64,000 bases of DNA. It comes from Lama glama (lineage: Eukaryota). The notes under the pieces are model-generated. The model searched no databases and had not been told where the DNA came from. It was given only the letters and a program-made list of their open reading frames with translations. Made by a program: the position numbers and the translations under genes. The stretch covers positions 70,930,001 to 70,994,000 of the forward strand of contig CM052816.1 in the NCBI GenBank assembly GCA_028534125.1. Reading direction: 5' to 3'. Positions 25,257 to 37,769 of this stretch are shown piece by piece (the stretch's first letter is position 1; each line of letters starts with the position of its first letter).

Positions 25257-28200
25257 TTATGCTATATGACTGTTTAGAATATTGAAATTCAGATAAGACG
25301 ACTCCCCTACCTTCTGGCTCGGTGCTGCCACCCTGAGCTCTCTCCTCTGCTGCCCTTGGCATGCCAGATGCTCCCTCCCTCAGGATCTGATCCTTACTCT
25401 CTAGAAGTTCTGAAATTCTGAAGGAACCTAGAGTAGTAAAAAATGCACAGTTATGAACCCAGGTTTGAATGTAAATTTTGACCTTCAAATTGTAAATGCT
25501 TGTAACATCATGTTTAGATGGTGGCATCTCCATTGCCACACTCATCCATGATTATGTGTCAATGACAGTGGAAACCAATGAAAAGTCACATTCTCTTATA
25601 TTTCTACAATTTACGGGATAAGAAGATAAAATATAAAGACTGCTGATGAAACAAAGTACATTTTCCTGAGTCTAAATATATGGATAAACTATATGGATAA
25701 ATGAGTAAAAAGGGATAATAGAAACATACAGGCAAGCAATCATAATAGCTGTACTTTTGATTAAAAACAGTAAGAGCTCATCAATTAAGCAATTAAGGAT
25801 CCAGCTCTTTGATTATCTTTGTAAGAGTATGATCTTTAAGGTACTGTGTTAAAAAATTGGACTACAAAATAACCCATTATGTATTTAGTAATAGCAAATT
25901 TTCAGTCTTCATGATTTAAATATGGTCGATATTATTAATAGGGAAATTTTTTGATTTGCATAATGCTTATATACTAAAATAGACATTAAGCAAATCAAGA
26001 AACACTACCAGAGAAGAGTAATGGTTGTAGGCTTCCACCCCTTTAAGTATATATGAAGCAACTTTTAAGGTTCATTTTTATTACAATTATTAAATTACCC
26101 AACTTAAAGGACTATTGTTTAAGAGCATGACTGTCCCAAATATTTAGTGTTAAAATTAGATGATGTTCCTTTATTAAAATGATAGGAGATACTTTAAACA
26201 TATTACCACTTGGCAAAATAAAAAGTGGGCAGTTCTGTGTCTGGCCTATTATTGTTGTTGATATTTATTCTTTTTGAAATCCCAGAAGTCTAGGCATTTG
26301 GAGTGACAAGATTTTGCTGCTTTTTCAGATGCAAATCCAACCTCAAGAGTATGATAATCATAATAACAAGAATGGTCACTTATTGAATGATTCCTCATAT
26401 ATAGCTAGATAACTTAGCTTCTAAATTATTTAAAACAGGTAAAGCTCAAGATGCGTAAATTGACACAAATATGAGATTTTAGAGACTTGAGGTATTCGCT
26501 GTGGCACCAGGGGGCTATTTTGAAATTCGCTCAGCTTAACAGTGGGTGTTCTTAGCATTAGTGTCATTGATTATTTTAGGTTAAGAGAGAAAGAACTGGA
26601 TTTACAGTGCAATAGACACAAAAGCGAAGAGAAACCTGTGACAGAAATGCAGGGCAGCTGTGGTGGCCTTGTAATCTCGGCAGTGTCTTCCAGGGGACGT
26701 CCTGCAGGGAAGCTCCTCTGGAATCAGCTTTCAGCGGTGGGGCCTGGCAGCAGATTGTGGCCAGGTCTGACCAGCCTCCCTGGAGGCCACGGCACTGTCC
26801 ATCACCATATGGCCTGAAAGGACTTTTCACATGTTACAGTATTCTGAAGGAGAGTCTCTTGGCTAATCTTCAGAGTACGCTCTTAATCTCATGAACCTAA
26901 TTATCTGTAAAGAACAGTTTAAGGGGTGCTTCTTAGAATTATTCATACTAGGCCATGTACTTTTATCTGGGGGCATATATAACTCTCATTATGCAATGAT
27001 TACATTTTGGCTTTGAAAATGTATTCTAAGAAGGATTAAAAGGATTATTCGTCTCCATGGTGATCCGTGCACCCATTGTTGATCATAAACAGGGATGTAG
27101 CTGACTCATTCACGTTTTCAGAATACCTCGGCTTTCACAGACATGCTAAGTGCTCGTTTCACCTGGGTAAAGAAGTCGTATGGAAATGCTGAATTTCCTG
27201 CCACAGACCAGTGTAAAACATGTGCTTTTTGAATGTTATATAAAATTCTTCCCCTCATGTTGTATTTCAGAAACTTATAATTGAGAGAGGGGTTGCTGAT
27301 TATATTTTAGCCTCTTCTTCACAGCTCTGCTTGGAATACCCTTTCTTTATAACAGGCGTGGGCTCTGAGGCGATTGTCCTCTTGCGATATTCATGACTGT
27401 TGCTGTGATTGTAGTTTAGTTGTCATAAAACGTGCTGTGTGAATGAAGAGGGACTGGGTAACACGTCGTGAGTTTCTTTACTAAGAAGGGCATTTTCTTC
27501 CTCATCGTGGGTAGTGACATTCGAAGCAACAACACAATGACTGTTCCTTAACATGCAAATAGTCAAATAGTGAAAAGAAAAAAATAAAAATCTCATTTAT
27601 GAAATGCTTAATTAAATGTAACTTAATACAATACAATTAAAACTGCAAAAATCTATTACTGTAACAGGTATGCACACAATATCATATTCCTAGTAAACCT
27701 TGTTCACTAAAATAAGTTCTGATTCTTGAGATGATATATTGGCTGTGATAGCGTAAGTCAAAATACATCCTCCACCAAATAAAATAAGATAAAATTAAAA
27801 AAAAATTCAAATAGGAAATAGCTCTAGTAAGCTAAATGCCTCTAGTAGCCTTAAGACTGAATTAAATAACTAGTATTACTTTAAATTTTTGCTTATAATA
27901 ACTACTCAGGGAACAACATTTTTAGAAAATGTTGTATTTTCTAAAATCTTCAACTATTTGGGCTAAGAAATATACTTGAAGAAAATGAACAGTAATAAAT
28001 TGGTTAGTGCAATAGGTAAACCTTCAAAATATCTTCTTAATAGCTGGACAGCCATAGCAGAACAGTTCCATCGGAGAGCCCATCAAATGAAATACAGAAT
28101 TCAGGCAGGAGAACAGTCGGTAACAGTTCTGGAACTCAATCACTGAAGACAACACTTAGACACACTGTCCCACCTCTACTCCTTTAAGTGAAACTTTAAT

Positions 28201-29719
28201 AGGTTCATCTGGTAATATGCTGAAAGGGGAGAAGAGTTCTTCACCCCAGCTGCACTGCTCATTCACTGGTGCAAACAACTTGAACTTGACTTCTCTCCCA
28301 ATGGTTTCCCAGTAATCTTCCCAAAGTACAGCTGCTATATATAAAACATGAATTAGAGTAGAGATGGTCCTGCTGTGCTGTGAATCACAGTGCACTTGAC
28401 CACACTTCAGCAGGTTGTGGGATGAAAAGAATAAAACGTCTGCAAAGGCCTCGTTCTATCCCCTTTTCCAGCTGGTAAAGTCAACGCACGGCAGCTTCCT
28501 GGAATGCTTTATTCTGTATCCAGCTGTACTAGACACGACCTAGCTGATCGCCTTGCCGTCCTTTAGTATAAAAATAAATGGTGAGAGCATCTTTCCTTTC
28601 TTGAGGCACTGGGGGCCAAATCAATTGCCTAATCAAGTGAAAACAAAACATCTGTGATGTATGAACAGGAGGGTTGCTTTCTCTGGAGATTTTTATAAAC
28701 TGATTAAGTCAGGGCACTGCTAATCCTCGATGCTGCACTTCAGATGTTACATTGACAAGGAAGATTAGAGTGAAAAGATAATGGTTATGTCACCAGCGTG
28801 CAATAAACAACCTGTGAAGAGCCAGCAGAGGTTCAGAAATGTTCCCATTACAAATGTAAATGTGAACTTTAGCAACCGGGCTGGAGCATGCTGTGAGAGA
28901 CGCCTGCTTCTGTCAAGGAGACACAAAGGAGAGGGGAACAGAAAAGGAGTTTATTTTAATAACATGGGACACCAACTCCCATGTGCTTATCATATTAAGT
29001 TTAGGATGTATGAATTTCGTATGATGACATCTGTGCTACTTAATCATAGAGTTGTTTTGAACATTAAATTATATTTTGAAAGTGCTTTTTAATTCAGAGG
29101 AATCCCAAACAATGGTAGTTGTAAATTGGCAGAATAGTGCATGGATAAAACCAAGTTCTAGAGAAAGTAATCTTTAGAGAATAAAGCTCTGATTAGAGCT
29201 GCTCATTTGATCCAAGCTATGCATTAGAAGAAATCATGGAGTAAGTCAGACACGAGGGTTTCAGTTCACAGACACCTGTTCATCTATAAACCCGAGCACA
29301 TATCATATGCTCTGTACACAAATTTCTCAGGCAACACAATTTATTTCAATGTTACTTCCATATTTTTGAAATTATTTCCAATTTTACCTCTACCTTTTAA
29401 TCTTACACACCAGAGACATGAAAAATGTTTAGGTTGTAGAAAAAATTTAAACTTGTAGCAAGCAAGAAAATATCATTAGAATAAATGGCATTATTATAAA
29501 AAAAGCTGATCAGTTGAAATAATTGCCTTTATTCTGATAAAAGGTTAGTTAAAAGTAAATGTTTTTTTAAAAAGCCCTGTGCTAATTTATAATATTTTCT
29601 GGCCATTCAATATTGAAGGAAATAAGGAAACTAGAATTGTTAACATACTAAGAATAAATACTAAAAGACATATGATGGGGAATGGTAAATGTTGAGAACT
29701 ACAGATATTTTGTTCAGGG

Positions 29720-31260
29720 TAAAAGATGATTATGGAATGTTACTAAGAGAGGACAGATACAAGCATTAATGTTATTTTTCTTGTGTTTGTGAACTTTACG
29801 ACTGGGGGAAAATACAAATAAATATATAATAACCACATTATGTGACAAGTGCTCTGAGAACTAGAAACATATACTATGAGAGAACATAGGAGAAACAAAA
29901 TAACTAAGGTGAAGGAGTGGAGGAAGAGTTAGGAAAGAAGGAGATAAGTTTGATGTTAGTTTTTAAATATGAAGCAAAATTATTGGAGGAAAGGTGGAAG
30001 GCATTTCAGACAGAGAGTAGCATGTGCGGAACTGTGGATGCATGAGATGTCATGACTCGTTCATTAGTTCAGGATGCTTGGCTCCCAGAAAGCAAGGAGG
30101 GACTTTAGAAAAAAAAAAAAAGACTGCATATTTAAGTGAGGGTCAGATATGAAGAGCTCTATTTTCTTGCTATGGGAGCTTTGACTTTTGCTTGAAAACT
30201 TTGGTATCATATAGTGGTAGGCATATAGCAAGTACTTAAAATATTTGTTGAATGAATCAGTGACTTTTTGGGACAGCTTTTTGGTGACATCTGTTTAGAT
30301 GAGCTGTTAGAAACATCAGTCTGTTAGCAGTGTGGATACTGAACCAGGGGGTTGATGCTTTAGGCAAGGGGACTAGTTAGGAGTCTTTTGTGTGGTTTAG
30401 GCGAGGAGTGATGAGGACTTGAACCGAAGAGGAGGCCATGGGGCTAAAGTGGAGGTCACCGAGTATATCAGAGGTAGAATCAACAGGTTCTGTGATAGAT
30501 TATGTCAGGGAGCTCAGGGTTCAGTGCCATTTTGCAAATTAAAAAAAAAAAGATATTTATTCTAGACAGATGCAGCTCCTCTGGGCTGGTTGGCAGGAGA
30601 TGACTTTGTGAGAAAGGTGTCCTTTCCCTCTGCCCAACAGAGCACATGCATCCAGGCACAGGACTTGGGGAGCAGGTGGAGTTCTAGATTTCAACCCCTA
30701 CTCATCATTGTAGCTGGATACCTTTGTGTGGTGCACAACTGCATGATCTTACATAGCAGTCTCCATGAGAGAGACCATTCCCAGATTTCTGACTTGAAGA
30801 AAACAAAATCATCTGGAAGAGCAGATGTTTGGGGAGGAACACTTGTTTTAGATTTATTGAATTTGGTGTGTCTAGGGGCATTCAAATGAAAGTATCTTGA
30901 TTTCCATTCAAAATATGGGTCTGCAGTTTAGAAAACTGATTTGAAATTGTGAATTTATAAGTGGCAGAAAAATATTGGGGTGAGGTGGCTTCAATTTTTC
31001 TCTTCAGGAATGTCTTTGGAATGAGAATGTAGTTGGAAGTGGAGGGGTTGGGCACTTAAGAGATTATGGTGATTGTAGTGATCAAAACCAAAACTGAAAC
31101 AATAAGTACCATAACCTGGTATCAAGGAAAGTCAGGGTCAAATGGGTTTGAGGGGATTTGCCACCGAAGAATTAATCGTGACCTTTCTAGGCAAAGAAAT
31201 ACTCAGTGTGATGATAGAAGCAGTGGGTCTGTTGGTGTGAGTTTATTTAGATTTTGTTTT
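29720..31260 (-). mobile_element. Fragmented LINE-2 cluster
   Basis: 'aaggcatttcagacagagagtagcatgtgc', 'gactagttaggagtc' and 'gtatatcagaggtagaatcaacagg' resemble antisense L2; a sense L2 3' end 'aaatatttgttgaatgaat' lies at about 30200-30260. Confidence 0.65.
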
Positions 31261-31574
31261 TAGATGTTAGAGAGTTCAGATTACTTTATATGCTAAAATC
31301 CATTTTTCTTCATTCCTTTGTATTAGTAACGTATATTAAAACACCATGTTTACTGTGCTTTATTAATAGAACTTTCCTTTCAGTTTTGCCTTTTACATGT
31401 TTTAGTTCCACCTAATGACATAAAATGGCCTTTATTTTAGGAAACATAGCAATAAAAACAAAACAATGTGGAGATATTTGATATTAAGCATTTCTTCATA
31501 AATTCATGCATTCGTTTTTCTGTTGTATTCTACATGTTTATATATTTAGGGAACAAGTGAGTGTGTAAGGACTG

Positions 31575-32069
31575 TGTGGTAGACAGCCTCCAAGGTTTCA
31601 ATTAACCTCACTTCCTAATAGTCACATCCTTAGACAGATCCCTCTCGTATTGTACCAGGGTGGTCTGTATGACCAGTAGAATGTGGCAGAAGTGATGAAA
31701 TGTCATTTTAGAGATTAGATGATGAAAGGCGGTGGCTTTCATTTTGGTGTTCTCTCTTTCTTGCATCACTCCTTCTGGGAGATGCTACCTACTATGTCAT
31801 GAGCAGCCCTATGATGAAGAACTAGAGATTGTCAGCAACCACTCTGATTGAACTTGGCAGTGGATCCTTTACCCCTAGTTGAACTTCCTATGACTGTAGC
31901 CAGGCTGACAGCTTCACTACAACATCATGGGAGACCCTGACCCAGAACCACCCGGCAGGTCTCTTCTGGATTCTTGAACTTCAAAAATTCTATAAGATAA
32001 CAATTATTTGTTGTTAAACTGTGACATTTTGAAGTGATTTGTTACATAGCAAAAGACACTTAATATACA
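31575..32069 (+). mobile_element. MaLR solo LTR (MLT1F-like)
   Basis: Starts 'tgtggtagacagcctccaag', contains 'gaatgtggcagaagtgatg' and 'catgggagaccctgacccagaaccaccc', ends 'tttgttacatagcaaaagacacttaatataca'. Confidence 0.85.
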
Positions 32070-34544
32070 TATGGATCTTCTCAATTTGATGTTTACTAAT
32101 TCCTGTTCTTAAAGAAATAAAAACTAGATAGTATATGTAATGTAGATATATTGTACATTGTTACGTTTTACTCAATTTATTCTTTAGGACTGAAGTACAT
32201 TCTTTTTATCCTGAGAATCCTAAACTTTAGATAATCCAGTTTAAGGAGTCAGGTTAGTCTACCTGCAGGGTCTTAATCTCCTTAGATTAGGTTATTGATT
32301 AGTGCTTCAAAGATGATCAGAAGTTAGGATCCTACCGAGTCTCTCTCTCTCTCCACACTGGTTGTGTGTGGTTTTCTCTCTGCCATTCTTCCCTTCAAGG
32401 GTGCTAATGGCACTACCCCTTCAGGGTGGCTGCGCGGTGAGGAAGCGGGGAGGCAGACTTCAGCCAGTTCAAGCACAGGAAAAGGGAGTTTCCTCATGAT
32501 TCTTTTCTCTTCCCACTCACCCTTTTTTCTAGACTTTCTTTCCTTTTCCTTCCTTTTCTCTCCCCCCCCCCCAACCCTCCGCTGCCTGTTCTGGCCTCTT
32601 GTTTCTCCTCTCAAATCATACAACATTTTTGGAGTGAAGTCCACAGTCCACCCTCATCATTTTTGCACTTTCAGATGATCAAAAAGACCATGAAAAAGCT
32701 TTCAGCCATTGCCTTCTCTGGCCTTTTTCAGTGAAGGCAGTCACTCTTAGAGGGCAAACCAGAGACTTTCTGAAGTTTTAAACCTCTGTGTGGTGAAACA
32801 AACAAAGCAACCTTTACATGGCTGTGTATATACAATAGAGGTATAGATATATACACAGACACATCCACACTCAGACATATGTGTATCTATACTGTGGTCT
32901 ACCATTCCATTTAATTTGAATTTATAGAACAATATGAACTACCTAAAGTTCTTATCAAACCAACTGTATTTTGCCAAAAAAAATCCTTCCTGATTGGTGA
33001 TTTGGGTTAAGTACAGTTTTTAAATGCTAGGTTCAAATCAATGCAAGTGTATCATGTGCAGAGTAATTCTCAATTGTTATAAAAAATTATGTCCATTATG
33101 CTACTTGCTGGGATCCTAGTAATCATCTAAATTCCATAAAACTTAAATTTTCAAATTATCCTCAGTAATTTAAATGTGTTATTAGGCCTTTCATGAAGCA
33201 TTTTTCTTCTTTGAAGAAAACAAGCTAAGTTTCTCAAAAGCACTGCAGGATAAGTTATAAGTGACTTTCATTTGTAATTTGCAGATGCTGTAATAGGAAT
33301 TTTCCTTTTACCACCATCAAAGTCCAACTATTTTGCATTCTAATTTGCAAGTAAAAAGTTGCTTTAAAAGTTGGTAGAGAAGTTTGTGAGGACTTTAAAA
33401 GATTGAAGGTATATTTTTGTAAAAGAATCATAAATTAGACATGAAAATGTGACTTCTGAAAAAGACGGATAAGAATATATAAAGCAATAAATGAGGAAAT
33501 ATAAATATCTTTTATTTGGCATCTTTTTAGAAGCAGAAAATGACATCCTTAGGAGTTTGCATATGTCGTATAAAACAAACATGTTTTAGGTGCTACCCTG
33601 ACTTATTCTTGTAAGAGAAATGAGGAAATATCAATAGACACCCTATGGAGGGAAAAATATCCAGATTTCTACCCTTTGTGATATTGTCCATTCAGATATG
33701 ACATTTGAGACAGTGACTGTTCCAGTGTTGCCAAAACGATACTATGTGGCTGGAAATGTCATCTTAATAAAGCATGTACCAAAGTGCATGGCATTAGTGC
33801 TCAACTCTGGGGAAAACTAATTTTCTTCCTGAGGAGCTCAGCGATTCATATAAGAAGATTGAATAAAAGAACATAGCTGCCACTGTGTTTCAGAATCTTT
33901 ATTGCCATTAGAAAAAGACTATTTAGAGATAAAGTTAGTAATGTTTAATATTAGCAGCTCTTCAGTGATCACTAGCCTAAGAATTAGTTAAGTTGTTAAC
34001 GCCCTTCAAGCAATAATTCAAAGTACTATAATGGATTAATTATTTCAAATGCCTGAAAATTCAGTGAAATATGAGAATTTCATAAGAATCATAAATGCCA
34101 GAGTTGGTGTATTCCCACATCGAGTCCTGTTATTCAGAGATGGAAACTAAATCTGAGAGGTGAAGTGAGTACTACACGAACAGGTGGCTAAGGAGCTATT
34201 CACAGCAACTCTCCAGATCTGCTTTGTGACACCTGACGTGAGCCCCAGTTTCTTTGGAAGAACCACAAGGCAAATAAATGTCCATGGAATAAGCACAAGA
34301 AAGATACCATGTCTTCCACACCAATCTAATCCTTCTAAAAAGCAGATAGGATAAAAAGTAGATAGGATAAAACCCTGTATAAACACATACATCATTCATA
34401 CACACTGCATGGACAAAAATAGAAGTCTCAAATTAAAAATGCCATTGTCATATTAAAACTCAGGAGGCTTGAAAAAGCTGAGTTAAAAAAATAATTGTGT
34501 GGTTAGTTCACTGAATTTGACTAATGGTAAGTATTGTGTTGCAA

Positions 34545-34780
34545 GAGAAGTGGCATAATGCAGTGATTTAGGACTCAGGGTCTAGAATCAGTTTCAGGTC
34601 TGCAGTGACACAAGACCAGTTTCTATGCCTTAGGAGAAGGTATGGGACCTCCCTTCTCATTTTGTCTTTTCTGTGATGGGGCAAGTCATGATATTTGCCT
34701 CACAGAGCTGTTATGGGGAGTAAGAAGTGGATGTATGAAGCATAGTATGTGTTACTATATATGTATTAGTATTATTAGCT
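34545..34780 (+). mobile_element. MIR SINE
   Basis: 'gcataatgcagtgatttaggactcagggtctagaatcag...gcctcacagagctgttatggggagtaa'. Confidence 0.6.
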
Positions 34781-36490
34781 AATAATCAGTAAGTTGTTAA
34801 ATTTTATTATTTAGAAGGATTTTTATAATCACCAATATAAAAGGCCATATTTAAAGGAGAGTAGAGGATTTTTACTTTGCCTTATTGCTATTCTTAATCA
34901 ACATAATTAAAGTTGTTTCTATAGTTTGAAAATATGCACCATTTTAGGGAATAGAAATAATTGATCAGTGCTATTTATCAGAAGTATACTTTTTGATTGC
35001 TATAAAATATAGTAGGATAGGAAATGAGCATATATACATATATATAAACAAGAAGTGAGTATGCATATGCATATGTACATACAAAAAATATACACAAATG
35101 CACATACATTTCTTATGTGGTGGAAGAATATTTTTTATAGTGTTCTCTTGAAATGCTTTGCTTTAAACTGTAAATTCTGTTGAAGAAGATTTTCTAAAGT
35201 AGAGGCCATATTATGTTAAAAGGAAAATATATGTAAATGTGAGCTGAAAACCCCCACAATAATTGCCATGTTAATAATGAATGTATCTATGGCTATAACA
35301 TGCCATAGTTAGTAGCTGTGACTTGGTAGATTAACAAAAGAAAGCTCTAAATGAATCAATTAGGTTTTTAACAAAGGAAATATATTTCTGCATTTTGCAC
35401 CGTAGCAATTTCCATAGACGGTAGCAATTTACAACAAAGATTAATAATACAAATTTGAGTTTCCTGGAAGGGGTCCACATGCAGAGTGTTTCTTTGCCAC
35501 ACAGTTCTCACCAACAATAGGCAACTATTCATTACTTTTACTGTGTATTATTATTACTTCAGCTTAAGATGGGGACAGCAAGATCCTCCAAATTGAATAT
35601 GGTCTAAGAAGCTTGAAAGAACAATGCTTCCAAATGATGGTTATTGTATATTGGAAGTCATGGCATGTCCAAGGAGAGTGTGTAGCTGAAGGTGGGCTGG
35701 GAAGGAGCCCCAGGAGAATGCTCAGCATCATGTCGCCCACTGACATACAATTACAAGGCTTTGAATTCAATCCATGACACAATCCATGGTGATTACTCTA
35801 CTCAGAGAAGCCAAAAGACAGATAAAAATGCTTAATTTGCTTGTTCTCAAATGTGGCAATTTGCCTAATGAATGAAATTGACTTCCTAAAATGTCAAGGT
35901 TATCTTTTAGTTTCGAATCTGGGATACAAACATACCCCAGCTCCCAGTGCTCACGGCTGTAATGGATTTCAAGTGAGGCACATGGAGTGCCACGTGACTG
36001 CAGTCCTACAAAACAGGTCAAAATAAATAGAAGTGGTCAGGTTTTGCTAACTCAGAATAAGAGGGGGTCTCAAATCACGGTCAATCAAAATTATCTCTAA
36101 ACACTTGCATGTAAGGATATAGAGCTGTAGTTTATTCAACCATTTTCTTTCATTTCAGCATCTTTCAACAGCATATTATTTTTTCTAAATTTTTTTTATT
36201 AATTTATAATCATTTTACAATGTTGTGTCAAATTCCAGTGTAGAGCACAATTTTTCAGTTATACATGAACATATATATATTAATTGTCACATTTTTTTCT
36301 CTGTGAGATACCATAAGATCTTGTATACATTTCCCTGTGCTATACAGTATAACCTTGTTTATCTATCCTACAATTTTGAAATTCCAGTCTATCCCATCCC
36401 ACCCTCCACCCCCTTGGTGACCACAAGTTTGTATTCTACATCTATGAGTCTATTTCTGTTTTGTATTTATGCTTTGTTTGTTTCTTTGTT

Positions 36491-36730
36491 TTAGATTCCA
36501 CATATGAGCGATCTCATATGGTATTTTTCTTTCTCTTTCTGGCTTACTTCACTTAGAATGACATTCTCCAGGAGCATCCATGTTGCTGCAAATGGCGTTA
36601 CGTTGTCAGTTTTCATGGCTGAGTAGTAGTCCATTGTATAAATATACCACCTCTTCTTTATCTAGTCAGCTGTTGTTGGACATTTAGGCTGTTTCCATGT
36701 CTTGGCTATTGTAAATAGTGCTGCTGTGAC
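36491..36730 (-). pseudogene. L1 ORF2p C-terminal fragment with premature stop
   Basis: Translates VTAALFTIAKTWKQPKCPTTAD*IKKRWYIYTMDYYSAMK...ILSEVSQKEKEKYHMRSLICGI*; TAG at 36662-36664 replaces the conserved Trp. Confidence 0.88.
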
Positions 36731-37230
36731 NNNNNNNNNNNNNNNNNNNNNNNNNNNNNNNNNNNNNNNNNNNNNNNNNNNNNNNNNNNNNNNNNNNNNN
36801 NNNNNNNNNNNNNNNNNNNNNNNNNNNNNNNNNNNNNNNNNNNNNNNNNNNNNNNNNNNNNNNNNNNNNNNNNNNNNNNNNNNNNNNNNNNNNNNNNNNN
36901 NNNNNNNNNNNNNNNNNNNNNNNNNNNNNNNNNNNNNNNNNNNNNNNNNNNNNNNNNNNNNNNNNNNNNNNNNNNNNNNNNNNNNNNNNNNNNNNNNNNN
37001 NNNNNNNNNNNNNNNNNNNNNNNNNNNNNNNNNNNNNNNNNNNNNNNNNNNNNNNNNNNNNNNNNNNNNNNNNNNNNNNNNNNNNNNNNNNNNNNNNNNN
37101 NNNNNNNNNNNNNNNNNNNNNNNNNNNNNNNNNNNNNNNNNNNNNNNNNNNNNNNNNNNNNNNNNNNNNNNNNNNNNNNNNNNNNNNNNNNNNNNNNNNN
37201 NNNNNNNNNNNNNNNNNNNNNNNNNNNNNN
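36731..37230. other. Assembly gap (500 N)
   Basis: Exactly 500 Ns. Confidence 1.
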
Positions 37231-37769
37231 TTGGGACCCTCTGAGCTTCCTGTACTTGGATATCTGATTCCTTCTTTAAGTTTGGGAAGTTTTCAGTCAT
37301 GATTTCTTCCAATACCTTTTCAATTCCCTTTGATCTTTCTTCCCTTTCTGGGACCCCTATTATGCGAAGATTGGCACTCTTTATATTATCCCATGCTATT
37401 TTCATTTGTTTTTATTTGTTTATCTTGTAGCTGTTCTGATTGGGTGCTTTCTGTTGTCCTGTCTTCTAGGCCACTTATTTGTTCCTCCACAGTATCTAGT
37501 CTGCTTTGCACAGCCTTTAGATCCGTTCTCATCTCAGCCAATGAGTTTACCAATTCTACTTGGCTCTTCTTTATAGCTTCCATTTCATTTTTGACGTATT
37601 TTATGTCTCTAAATACTATCTCTTTTAGTTCCTTCAGTACTTTGATCACTCCTTTTTTGAAATTTTGATCTAGTAGGCTATCAATGTCTATTTCATTGAT
37701 CATTCTTTCAGGAGATTTCTCTTGTTCTTTTAATTGGGAGTGGTTTCTCTGCTTCTTTATCTTGCTCAT
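37231..37769 (-). pseudogene. L1 ORF1p N-terminal half, frameshifted
   Basis: MSKIKKQRN...coiled coil...EEQISGLEDR...NENS, then WDNIKSANLRIIGVPEREE...ENFPNL...QEAQRVP in another frame; frameshift near 37395. Confidence 0.9.

Noticed and set aside
28156..28395. 79-aa protein-looking minus-strand ORF
   Set aside because: No family match recognised and no good polypyrimidine acceptor; the region is better explained as a motif cluster
36702..37244. 180-aa and 247-aa ORFs
   Set aside because: Their length comes from reading through the 500-N gap
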